Assembly: GCF_001194135.2 (NCBI RefSeq)
Contig: NC_068990.1
Span: 32,598,470-32,645,165, forward strand
Origin: Octopus bimaculoides
Taxonomy: Eukaryota
Length of the DNA: 46,696 bases
Direction: 5' to 3'
Shown here: positions 25,251 to 36,619 of the stretch, one piece after another
How the letters are laid out: every line of letters begins with the position of its first letter
Position numbering within the stretch: the stretch's first letter is position 1
Position numbers and translations under genes: made by a program
Notes under the pieces: generated by a model
The model's input: only the letters and a program-made list of their open reading frames with translations
Database searches by the model: none
What the model was told of the DNA's origin: nothing

Positions 25251-25454
25251 GTTTTCAAAGTGATAACTAGTCATTGATCTATAAATTAGAAAATTTCCTC
25301 TGTTTTTTATTTTTGTTTCATACACTATAAACTATAAATTTAACTTGGCAAATCTTTCAGCTCACTATTTGTCTCATACATATGCTACAACTTTTATTTC
25401 AATAAATTCAAAATGACTATGTCATTCTTTGGTATATCGTGATAGCTTTCTTTT

Positions 25455-25850
25455 ATCTTTTACCTTTTACTTGTTTCAGTTATTAAACTGTGGCCATGCT
25501 GGGGCACTGCCTTGAAGAGATTTTATTTGAATGAAAAAACCCCAGGACTTTCTTTTTCTTAAGCCTGGTACTTATTCTATTGGCCTATTTTATCAAAGTG
25601 CTACATTATGGGGACATAAGCAAACCTACACTGGTTGTCAAGTGGTGTGGAGGACCAACACAGACATGCACACATAGACATATACAACAGGCTTTTTTCA
25701 GTTTTTGTCAACCAAATCCATTCACAAGGCTTTGGTTGGCCCGAGGCTATAGTAAAAGACACTTGCTCAAGGTGTCATGCAGTGGGACTGAACCCAAAAT
25801 CATGTGATTAGGAAGCAAGCTTCTTGCCACACTGTCAAGCCTACACCTAT
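25455..25850 (-). mobile_element. SINE family B, near full length, nested in the Gypsy integrase region
   Basis: Tail (ttttacttgtttcagttattaaactgtggccatgctggggcac) and head (gcagtgggactgaaccc...gaagcaagcttcttgccaca), both in reverse complement. Confidence 0.9.
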
Positions 25851-26566
25851 AATAAGAATGCTTCATTTTATAAAAATAACACCTACCATTTTCTGTTGAA
25901 GAAGTAAGGTGAGTCTGTACCAACTGGCACGTATGTTATAAAATCAAATATAACTTTTATCGCAAGCATTTCTGTTAGAAATGGTTGTCTTTCAAAAAGC
26001 CCCTTCCACATTCTAATAATTCAAAGAAATATTTAATTACAATTAATGAATTTACACATCTTCCATTCACTATTTATACTGTGATACAAATACTTCCTTT
26101 AGAAAATACTTTTCTCTTCACTGATTTTTGAACGCCATCGTTTAATCATTCAGCTATGTGTGTGTTTGGGTCTTTTATGTGTTCTGAGTTGAAGCAATAT
26201 CTAAATAGTCTCTGAATTTCTATAAACCACAAGACTTCATATAATCGTTTAGGATACTTGTAACCAGAAGGCTATAATGGTATTAACATTAAAGTTAACT
26301 CTTGAAAGTAAAAGAATGAAACCTTTTACAATAGGATATTCTATATACAATAGGATATTCTACATCAATTTGTTATCTACAAATCAAACTACAAAGCTCA
26401 TTAACAATTAATTTAGTGCTTCTAAATTCTTCCCATAAAATTCATTGATAAGTAATTACACAGCTCACATTTACACATTATCCATATATTCTTATAGCAT
26501 TCAGCCTGGCTTCTCTACAGCATATCTAACTTTAATAAATTATCCCTGTTTTTCTCTGGTACGTAG

Positions 26567-26690
26567 CTAGCAACATTAATTGCCTCCCATTGCTGCATGG
26601 CAGTACACATGGTGATGCACTGTATCTATATGAAAACAAGACTCTTAGCTCTTCAATTGGCAGAAGAAAAATGGCCAACAAAATAATTTG
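26567..26690 (+). CDS. Candidate plus-strand exon (SNINCLPLLHGSTHGDALYLYENKTLSSSIGRRKMANKII)
   Basis: Acceptor ccctgtttttctctggtacgtAG, donor tg|GTGAGT, 124 nt, phase 1 to 2, stop-free. A competing minus-strand acceptor overlaps it. Confidence 0.25.
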
Positions 26691-27271
26691 GTGAGTGAAA
26701 TTTTATTGGCCTCAGAAAAGGTATAAGCAAATTTGATTTTAGTAAGATTTAAATGTGAAGATCAATAATACGACATAATTTTATTTGATAATTTACAAAT
26801 TCTGCCCTTAACAGCCCTACTAGTAATAACATAAGTGAAAATAGTTTCACACACATTGAGAATAAAGAAAATATTTTCAAATATTAATGTCAAAGTTATT
26901 CTAGAAAAGAAATTCTCCTAATTGAAGTACAAAATAGCAATTCCAATAGATAACAATATAACTTTGGTGAGAGTAAAAGATATGGAGAATTTACTCAAAT
27001 ATAGAAACATGGAAATAGAAATATCAAAAATTTCATCTGTTTGGTAAACATTTATTTTTCGATGATAACATGGATGAAAACATAGGATCAGCATCTCATT
27101 TTTATGGCTGAGTGCTCTTCATGTCACTAACACTTATCTGTTTTACAGATAAGGTTTATTTTTTTCATTGCACTTGTTTTGCAAAGCACTGTGTTACAGG
27201 GTTATTTGTTGACAGGGAATTATCAACATAATGCCATTGCTTTTACACAGGCAATTTTAAGCAAAAATGCC

Positions 27272-27483
27272 ATGGAAATAAAAACAATCCTTATAGTACT
27301 TGGTGCTTTAGGAATAATTAGAAAACAGGCAAACACAGAACCAAAACTCCAGGAATTGTACAGAATACACACAAAATACTACTACTAGGTACATACCAAA
27401 AGTACTTGGGTGTTTAGTGAAAGTTTAGGGAAGACTTACATACATAAAAGTATTGAAGTAACAGTATTAATAATAATAATAAT
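27272..27483 (+). mobile_element. 3' end of an R4/Dong-like (restriction-like endonuclease) non-LTR retrotransposon, 5'-truncated
   Basis: IKTILIVLGALGIIRKQ...then, after a frameshift, TQKILLLGT. This matches the C-terminal P(I/V)(I/V)(I/V)GALG...QK..LLGT signature. Ends in a (TAA)n tail. Confidence 0.6.
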
Positions 27484-27486
27484 TAT

Positions 27487-27610
27487 TTCAACTTTTGCAC
27501 AAGGCCAGCAATCTTAGGGAGAAGGGGTTAGTCAATTACCTCAGTCTCAGTGCTCAACTTGTACTATTTTATTAATGGCAAAAAGATGGAAGGCAAAGTT
27601 GACTTCAGAG
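27487..27610 (-). mobile_element. SINE family A, partial
   Basis: ttcaacttttgcacaaggccagc...gatggaaggcaaagttgac. Confidence 0.75.
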
Positions 27611-28649
27611 TAAGAAGAGCCATGTTTTTTCTATCCATCTATCTATCTGTTCATCAATCACTCTCCATCCTTGGATGAAGGTGGTTTTTAAATAATTTAG
27701 AGATGGGAAAACTATACAAAGAGGTTATCCACTTTATTCATTAAATTCACAGGTGCAATGTAAGGAAAATAAGGTTTGTGTTGATAAAAAAGATAAGGAT
27801 GAGGAGGTTAGAAGAAAAAGAGAGGTTGTGAGAACAATCTTTTTAAAACCTTCAATTAGTAAAATTTTTTCTGTAAATCTATTTTGATTAATTGAATGCA
27901 GTTCCTTGTACCACTTGAAACTGTATTTTTGAGGTTAGGAAACTATGTTTCAAAAGTCAGTAAAACAGTCAATTCTGCTGTTTGTAAAGTAAATATATTA
28001 TTTTTATGTTCAAATATATGTTGATATACAGTAATAGCAAAGTTAAGAAAAGAAGTCTTGAAAATATTCCTTATCATTTACCACTTTGTTTATGCATAAG
28101 AAAGTTTTAGTTAAGCTGTTTCACCGAAATGTTACATTGATATTGTGGATAAAATTATCATGAATAAATTCTTTTTGACATCTAATTATCAACCACAAAC
28201 ATTGCAAACATACACACAGTCATTCACAAAGTGAGAATTTTTAATGTGGTTATTCGACAAGCAGCTAATTTTTTTTCAAAGCTAAAAAAAGACACTAGAG
28301 AATGATGAAAGCAAAACCTTGACTAGCAACATTGCTTATGGAAAAGTAATCTAAGTATGTAAACGTATAATGTATATACTGAGCTTACAAATTATGAAGT
28401 ACAGTATTTTCAAAACATATATTTTCAATTCAAAATTAAAAGATTATTTAATACGATTTTACTGAGAATGACAACTACACTTTCAATAATTTACCCAATT
28501 AAAAAGTATCTAATATCAGAGGTAATTCTAATTCTCTTAAAGACACATTATATTTAAAATGAAATTATTTTATATCAAAGATAGATTTTAAATAAATAAT
28601 TTGTATTTAAAATTCCACCATTTTGCTATGAGCAAAGAATTCATATTGA

Positions 28650-28733
<84 letters not shown>
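28650..28733. repeat. (ACT)15(AGT)13 head-to-head microsatellite forming a loop-less palindrome
   Basis: Read directly; centre actagt between 28694 and 28695. Confidence 0.95.
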
Positions 28734-28734
<1 letters not shown>

Positions 28735-28779
28735 ATGATGATGAAGTTTTTCATAGTTTGTGTTTTTAGTTTTCGTTAG

Positions 28780-28909
28780 AATCCAGAGTGCCAATGCGGT
28801 ATGCATGTGACAGACAAATTGTTACTACTGTTGCAACTGCGCAAGATAAACAGCGAACTGTAGGGAAATTTAACCAAGCTGCAGTATATTTTGGAGCATG
28901 CAAACAAAA
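28780..28909 (+). CDS. Candidate plus-strand exon (SRVPMRYACDRQIVTTVATAQDKQRTVGKFNQAAVYFGACKQ)
   Basis: Acceptor tttttagttttcgttAG, donor aa|GTGAGG, 130 nt, phase 1 to 2, stop-free. Locally raised GC with several CpGs. No partner exon securely found. Confidence 0.45.
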
Positions 28910-29208
28910 GTGAGGAAAGATCATATTGGGGGGAAAATGATGTATGTTCTGCTTTGATGTGAAACAACCATTCACATAGAAGCCAAGAAAATCTTTTGAT
29001 GTTTGTTAATGTTTAATGTCCATTCTGCATGTTTACATGGGTAAGATGAAGGCTTTTCCTCTCTCCTGAACGGAACATTGCCAGAGCATAGTTAATTTTA
29101 TGGTTTGGGCATCATTCCTTACAAGTAAGTCAACGAGGCATAAATTGTAAACAAACAGCATAACAAAAACAAATGGATGAAGAAGTACATGATTCACAAT
29201 ATTTATTT

Positions 29209-29233
29209 GGGGAATGGGGGTGGGGGTGGGGGG
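29209..29233 (+). other. Canonical G-quadruplex motif G4-N3-G5-N1-G5-N1-G6
   Basis: ggggaatgggggtgggggtgggggg. Confidence 0.8.
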
Positions 29234-29852
29234 AAATCCAGAAATAGAACCACACTAATCCTATCACCTCACAGTTTATTACCTAACACCTACCTATAGA
29301 GGTGCCTGTTTCAAATTTCACCTTTCTGGATTAGCTAACTATTCAGGATATTAGCATTGTAGTCTTTGTTGATATCTCACAATAACACAGAAAGAATATA
29401 TCATCTTTCATGAACAAAAAATTAGGATCTGTGTTCATCTGTCCTACTGTAGGTGATCATAGGGAGTGAACATTATAATACAGTGTTATAGAGAGGATGG
29501 TGAACGTAAAATAGTGATGTAAGGTGGAGAGTATAACAATGGCGTAGTGAGCAATGCAATACCGTGTTGTAGTGAATAGTGAAATGGTTAATGAAGAGGA
29601 AACCATACTATAATAGTGTAGTGTGAGTAGTAATACAGTAGTGTGCAATGAACAATAACAGGTGAATTGGACTTTGTTTTGTAAAACACCACATATGTAA
29701 ATGACAGTGTTAATGCAGAAAACATGAAATAATGTAGAGGTAGAGACATGACTGACCTAGAATCTATAACACTTTGTGTGTGTGTTTGTGCATGCACACG
29801 TATATGTGTGCATGTGCGTAACTTGCAGACTACACAACACATAAATATAGAT

Positions 29853-30948
29853 TTCAAATTTTTGCACAAGGCCAGCAAATTCAGGGGAGGGGGATTGTTG
29901 ATTACATCACCTCAAGTGCTCAACTGGTACTTATTTTATTCTTTTCTGCTCAAGGCACAAGGCCCGGAATTTGGGGGGAGGGGACCAGTCGATTAGATTG
30001 ACCCCAGTATGCAACTGGTACTTAATTTATCGACCCCAAAAGGATGAAAGGCAATGTCAACCTCGGCGGAATTTGGACCCAGAATGTAAAAACAGATGAA
30101 ATATCGCTAAGCATTTAACCCAGAAAATGTGAAATTGATAGAAACAGTGTATATTAGTGTATAAAGGCAGCGAGCTGGCAGAAACATTAGCACGCCGAGA
30201 GAAATGTTTAGCAGTATTTCGTCTGCTATTATGTTCTGAGTTCAAATTCCGCCGAGGTCGACTTTGCCTTTCATTCTTTCGGGGTTGATGAATTAAGTAC
30301 CAGTTACGCACTGGGGTCGATGTAATCGACTTAATCCCTTTGTCTGTCCTTGTTTGTCCACTCTATGTTTAGCCCCTTGTGGGCAATAAAGAAATAAGAA
30401 ACAGTGTATATTAGGGGTAAACCCTGAATATACACTTTTGATATACATACATACATAGATAGAGCTACATATGCATACATACTATACTGATTGTTTATAT
30501 ATTCTTTTCTACTCTAGGTACAAGGCCCGAAATTTTGGGGGAGGGGCCAGTCAATTAGATCGACACCAGTACACAACTGAAACTTAATTTATTGATCCTG
30601 AAAGAATGAAAGACAAAGTCGACCTCAGTGGAATTTGAACTCAGAATATAAAGCAGATGAAATACCGCTAAGCATTTTGCCTGGCGTGCTAACATTTCTA
30701 CCAGCTTGTTAACCTTTGATTGCTTGTATATATTTTTCTACTCTTGGCAAAAGGCCCAAAATTTTTTGGGGGAGGGGGCAGTCGATTAGATCGACCCTAG
30801 TATGCAACTGGTATTTAATTTATCAACCCCCAGAAAGATGAAAGGCAAAGTCGACCTCGGCGGAATTTGAACTCAGAATGTAAAGACAGATGAAATACTG
30901 CTAAGCATTTTGCTCGGTGTGCTAACGTGTCTGCCAGCTCACTGCCTT
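29853..30948. mobile_element. Cluster of five family A SINE copies: 29853-29940(-), 29938-30120(-), 30158-30396(+), 30497-30716(-), 30728-30948(-)
   Basis: Each carries the gcctttcatcctttcggggtcgataaattaagtaccagt core in the stated orientation (the first copy is partial). The + copy has an 18-bp TSD. Confidence 0.9.
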
Positions 30949-31328
30949 TGATTGTTTATATATTGATATGAAACTATTAGAATGTCAACTACATACTTGT
31001 GTATATTATCAAACTAGCTGACCACATGCCATCAATAATGACAGCTATTTGTAGTATTTTATATATAGAAATAAGGTACATAATAATCACATATACAAAC
31101 ATTCACATACTTCCCTTGTACACGCACACACATACACAAATATACTCACATAGAGTTCAAACGCTGAATTTTCTTCACCCCTTCCTTCCTTATTCATCTG
31201 TCACCCCTTCCCTTCTCTCATTGCTATTACTTTCTCTCACTCCCTCTCAGTCAGGGCTATTATTCTCACTACTTCTCCTTCACTGAATTACTATTTTCTC
31301 TCCTCCTCCGCGTCCAGCGTGATTATGG

Positions 31329-31363
<35 letters not shown>

Positions 31364-31650
31364 AATATATAAAAACACTAAGCTCATTATTATATTAGGA
31401 GATAATACAAGACTGTAGTAAACACTGTAGATTCTTGTACATACCTGATTTCAGTATAGTTCACTCAGAACAGAGAAGAACATAAATTATCTCTAAACAA
31501 GATGAATTGTTTCAAAATAGAATTAGATAGCATGATCAATGAAACAATACAGAAGTTTTGGTTTTTATCAATACTTCTTATACAGAGACGTAGATAACTT
31601 ATTTGGTAGGTTAATATTGCTTCTCTACAATATCAATAAGCACAGTTTAA

Positions 31651-31790
31651 CCCTTTTGATTATCATTCTACCTTAGACAGCCCCTATTTCTATCATACCA
31701 TTTTGAAATAACCTAAATTATAACCCTTTCATCAAAATTTCATGCTAATTTATGTCCATAACATCAATTTAATATTTTAATAAAGCTCCA
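31651..31790. mobile_element. Truncated TTAA/CCC-type MITE (left end only)
   Basis: ttaa|cccttttgat start, as at 45274. The right end is missing next to a family D repeat. Confidence 0.45.
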
Positions 31791-31804
31791 TGAGGCTCTA
31801 GCAG

Positions 31805-32055
31805 GGGGGGGTGTTCAACCCTGCTGTACTCTTTCACCACAACTTTTTATCACTCTTTCTTCCTGTTTCTGTTGTGCCTGTAATTCAAAGGGTCAGCCTT
31901 GTCACACTGTGTCACGCTGAATCTCCCCAAGAACTATGTTAAGGGTACATGAGTCTGTGAAGTACTCAGCCACTTGCACGTTAATTTCATGAGCAGGCTG
32001 TTCTGTTGATCGGATCAACTGGAACCCTCATCGACGTAACTGACGGAATGCCACA
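31805..32055 (-). mobile_element. Interspersed repeat family D (SINE-like)
   Basis: Reverse complement of 42385-42560 (cagcc...tgaaattaa...caagtggctgagcactcca...gtacccttaa.gtagttct). Confidence 0.8.
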
Positions 32056-32259
32056 ATTTTACTAAACTCTTCCGTATTTTCAAATTGAATCAGATAAAGT
32101 CAGTGTATATCAAAATAAATATGTCAACAAGAGAGTTAATACACGATTTGAACATCAGAAGTATGCCCACATATGAGAGTATGTATTACCATGTCCTTGC
32201 CAATCTGTGTATCTCTGCCATTCCATGTATTTCTGCTTCCTTGCATAATAGAAACTTAC

Positions 32260-32300
32260 ATACTTTACAATTACTTCGTCTTTCAAATTGTTCATTTCAT
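32260..32300 (-). CDS. Tentative mini-exon (EMNNLKDEVIVK/Y)
   Basis: Acceptor ttctgcAG, tandem donors GTATGT/GTAAGT, 37 or 41 nt, open in phase 1. Confidence 0.3.
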
Positions 32301-32673
32301 CTGCAGAATTTATTAAAGCCAATATATTGAAGAAATTTATTTCTCTCTTTCAGCTCTGCCTTGTTTGTTTTTAATACCTTCTTATTTCTCTGTAGTTTTA
32401 TGTTGTCAGCATCCATGTAGAACCATTGATGATTAGAACATACTTGATATAGGAAGTGCTTGGAAAATGTAGGCTTAAAAACTGAATATATGATGAAAAT
32501 ACTGGTGTCTGTCAGATATCTCGTTCTCCCAATAGGTTTTATTTGATATTCAGGGACACACATGAGGCAATTTACTTGTAGTTTTGGTTTCTATTCTTCA
32601 TCTCTTTTGTTGCCATAAACCTTTGGATATCTTGCATCATTATGTCATCTGAAACTATGACACTATAAATAAA

Positions 32674-32715
<42 letters not shown>

Positions 32716-32719
<4 letters not shown>

Positions 32720-32880
32720 TTTTATTCTTTTACTTGTTTCAGTCATTTGGCTGTGGCCATACGGAAGTACTGCCTTTAGTTGAGCAAATCGACCCTAGTA
32801 CTTATTCTATCAGTCTCTTTTGCTGAACTGCTAAGTTGCGGTTGTCAAGTGATGTTGGAGGGACAAACACCGACACAAAC
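32716..32880 (-). mobile_element. SINE family B tail after (TA)n
   Basis: ttcttttacttgtttcagtcatttggctgtggccat...gaccctagtacttattctatcagtctcttttgc. Confidence 0.85.
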
Positions 32881-34054
32881 ACATATATATATATGTATGT
32901 GTGCATATATATATATATATGTCTTGGGCACCTAAATCCCAATTCAAGGACCATAGTTCCAATGGACAAAATACCTATTTCATTTTGAGCTTGATCTGGT
33001 TGATTTCTTCAATGAATTTTGTTCTGGTTTTTCACAATGGCTCTAAGACATATTAATCAGAAGCAACACTTTCAGGCCTTCATTAGTAAGGGGCCATTTC
33101 TGATGTTTGCTGGATCTGATTCTCCATTTCTAGCATGAAACCATTTGGTTATCACAAGACTAATATATTATATCAATGATAATACATGCCCTTTATTATC
33201 CAATGAATGAGTACCTGTTTTTTCTGACTTGTATTTTTAGACAACTATATATACATGTATTTGTGTGCGTGTTGTGTATATATGTGTGTCTGAATGTGTT
33301 CACTTGTCTAGACAGTGTGCAATGTTTGAAAACAAGTGTCAGTATCATATAAATGATGTCATTCTCTTCCAATCTTCCATGAAAAATATGTCTGGTTTTG
33401 AGGAAATTATATCTTGCTTGGAAACAAGTGAGGGTGGTCACTGGAAGGGCAACATCTGGCTGTAAAAAAATCTACCTCTACGAATTCGTCTGACCAGTGT
33501 AAGCATGGAAAAGTGAATGTCAAATATGATGATGAAACTATGATACATGTGCACACATATACACAACAAAAATTCTATAAAACAGATGGCAAATAAACAG
33601 AGTACACGTAGGGTTTGGTGGAACTCTTTACTCTGGCTGAGTACATGACAACCGCTACTGGTGGTACCATGATAAAATGCAGCCAGTATACGGTAAAATA
33701 GATGGCGTTGGGAAGAGCATATGGCCAGGAAAACCATACCAAAAACATAATGTTCAAGTGAAACATATTTCTAGGACCTATCTAAGAGGGCAATAATTCT
33801 AAATAAGTGACTTGGAATGTAAAGACCTAAACCCTACCAGCATGGAAAGCTGATGTAAAATTACAAATGAGGACCTAATTGTTTAGAGATACTGAAGGCT
33901 TGGATTAGTTTATTCACTTGAAAACAACAGATGATTTACTTCTATTAGTACTCATGATTCTCACTATCTGTAACTGTTTGGGCTGAAGCGATTGCATAAG
34001 GATAGAAGTGCTGTGTTAAAATGATGTGAATTAAAGAGAGAAAAATGTGCGCAT

Positions 34055-34095
<41 letters not shown>

Positions 34096-34376
34096 CATAT
34101 ATAGTTATGTATGTATGTGTATGTTTGTGTGTGTATATATATATGCATGTGTGTGTGTATGTTATCTAATGGATGTTTTAACCTCATATTATTTTAGATT
34201 TTTGTTCCTTTTGTCTAGTTGATGATATATATTCACTGTTCTTATTCTGAATCATAGCACTTGAGGCACATTATATAACCTTACATAATAACTTCGGAAC
34301 ATTCAGATATTCACACATGTACATAGATACACCTCTACACACACCTACATATATACAAGCACACATACATATATAT

Positions 34377-34801
34377 NNNNNNNNNNNNNNNNNNNNNNNN
34401 NNNNNNNNNNNNNNNNNNNNNNNNNNNNNNNNNNNNNNNNNNNNNNNNNNNNNNNNNNNNNNNNNNNNNNNNNNNNNNNNNNNNNNNNNNNNNNNNNNNN
34501 NNNNNNNNNNNNNNNNNNNNNNNNNNNNNNNNNNNNNNNNNNNNNNNNNNNNNNNNNNNNNNNNNNNNNNNNNNNNNNNNNNNNNNNNNNNNNNNNNNNN
34601 NNNNNNNNNNNNNNNNNNNNNNNNNNNNNNNNNNNNNNNNNNNNNNNNNNNNNNNNNNNNNNNNNNNNNNNNNNNNNNNNNNNNNNNNNNNNNNNNNNNN
34701 NNNNNNNNNNNNNNNNNNNNNNNNNNNNNNNNNNNNNNNNNNNNNNNNNNNNNNNNNNNNNNNNNNNNNNNNNNNNNNNNNNNNNNNNNNNNNNNNNNNN
34801 N
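34377..34801. other. Assembly gap (N run)
   Basis: 425 N. Confidence 1.
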
Positions 34802-36619
34802 TATATATTATAAATAATGTACTTCAAAAATTGCATTAACGTTCTTTTTCAAGAGGCCACAACCAAGATAAACATTAACATTAAGCTAATTTAAAATGTG
34901 ACAGGATTATAGAACATGTGTTAGAGGGAGAGAGGGAGAAAGAAAAGGGGTATACACATCGAAACACACAGAATCGTATACTTATACATACACAGGCTCA
35001 TTTATAATTGCATGTCCATGAGTGGATTTCTGTATGTGGTGTAGAATGGTAATAATAAACATATTTCATAATAAAAAAACCTGACAAACTCATGGAACAG
35101 AAGATATTTTCTGACTAACATGGAAACAAAAGTCGTCAGGCATTAATTGAAACAATGAAGGGGAAAAAAAAAAAAGTCATCGACACCATCACCATCATCA
35201 TCCCCACTTTTTCCACCATTATCATTTCCCCCCCTCATCGTCATTGCTGCAAACACCCTTTATACAACAATCATAATCATGATTATAAATGTTAACACCA
35301 CTATAGTAGCCATTTTCCATGTTATAGCATTATCACCTGCACCAGTTGAAAGCTACTACATCAACATTTTATACACACACACACACACACACATGTATAT
35401 GTATATATATGTGTGTATGTATATGTATATGCATATACCTATATGTATATATGTAGGTATGTCTGTATGTATATATGTGTATATATGTATGTGTATATAT
35501 CAGCACATATATATGTATGTAAGTATGTGTATATGTCAGCACAAACTTCACCAGGCTGTGCATCTTAAATACTGTTGTTGGTGGAGACTCTTATGCCCAA
35601 AACACATCATGGTACAAAAACAAAACACATAGCACATGATGTGATACAATAGAACTGCAACTAAATAATCTTAACGTTCATAATATCTTGGTACCAATAC
35701 ATATATCTTTTTGATGCACACATCTATCCACCACAGTCATGTAGCAAACAGTCCTCCAACTCATTACAAACTACTAGTCTATCATAATCTCCCATCACTA
35801 TCATCACCTTAAACATTAATATGCTTAGCCAACAAAGGACCCTCTTCACTGTCACTCACCTTGCTAGAAATAGCAGCCAAATCTCCCTTATGCTATACTC
35901 TACTGATTTAAGAAAATGAAAGGTATATTTGACAATGTAATCTTAGATATGCAAAATGTCTGGATGGTTGTGGATCTAATACTTTGATCACAGGTCTGTT
36001 CAATTAGGGCTGGCCTGGAGCCAAATAACATGTACCTTTTTCTAATTAATTAAAATTTGTTAAATTATAATTGAATAAACAATCAGAAGATGATGAATTG
36101 GGAGATATTTAAGTTTTGTGTTTCCATGTTCCTATGTTAATGCACACTTGCATAAACACACACACACACACAAACATACACACACATAAACCAGGTGCCC
36201 CCCACCACCTCAGTAATGCAAAATTCTCCTCTATGTTAATGTTTAAATACTTAAACACACATAAATTAGACTTACACACTCGGCATATATTGATAATACA
36301 CATGTACATATACACACACATAAATGCACTTATGCACTTGTGTATGCATGCACTCATACATGAACAGATGAGATGCATGTGTGCAGATGTCTGCACATAA
36401 ACACACACACACACACACATATACACGCACATGGCTGATTATAGTCTTCAGAAATTCTAAGAACTGTACCATTTCTTTGTTGTATGTGGATTGTTTGAAA
36501 TAATTCCATTGTTTCTGCAACATGTCAATAGGACTTGGATTAAAAGTACATTGTCTCTTGGAGTTCTTTGTTCAAGTAATTTGGTCAGGTGGTAATAGTC
36601 CAGGAAGCGGTGGTGGTGG

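Larger units (their letters stand above)
22021..26430 (+). mobile_element. Fossil Ty3/Gypsy LTR retrotransposon internal region (gag-pro-RT-RNase H-integrase), many stops, frameshifts and nested insertions
   Basis: Gag: NRLEYLQQHTGPRVVESIGNCATF...YVKSPSGTYTRHL (ORF 22122-22433), GRSLEQAQ, and knuckle remnant FSCSN...H...CP..IVNC (about 22600-22680). RT start: FQNLTPNYKSFAT...MDPEISKLLRDGIIEPNNLP, then KRLADFS...YYSKID (23180-23460). RT core: INENNLKSTYSYLEY...NLSNFFNGAKCYNLTLNKDK (ORF 23688-23879). RNase H: VIDEDLLFTIETD...VEKETNAVIEFLRKW (24600-24830). Integrase: LPFSVEEVR.VC...C, FKKPLPHSNN.KKYLITINEFTHLPF, SFMCSELKQYL...KTSYN (25870-26260). Integrase comes last, as in Gypsy. No LTRs found. 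Confidence 0.85.

Noticed and set aside
21370-26800. Possible LTR pair for the Gypsy relic (shared attttatttgataatt near 21378 and 26778)
   Set aside because: Only a 16-nt AT-rich match with non-aligning flanks. No TG...CA ends, PBS or PPT could be identified.
32930-33160. Possible Tc1/mariner transposase N-terminal fragment on the minus strand (KWFHARNG...)
   Set aside because: Similarity is too weak and needs several frameshifts. No TIRs or DDE motifs were seen.
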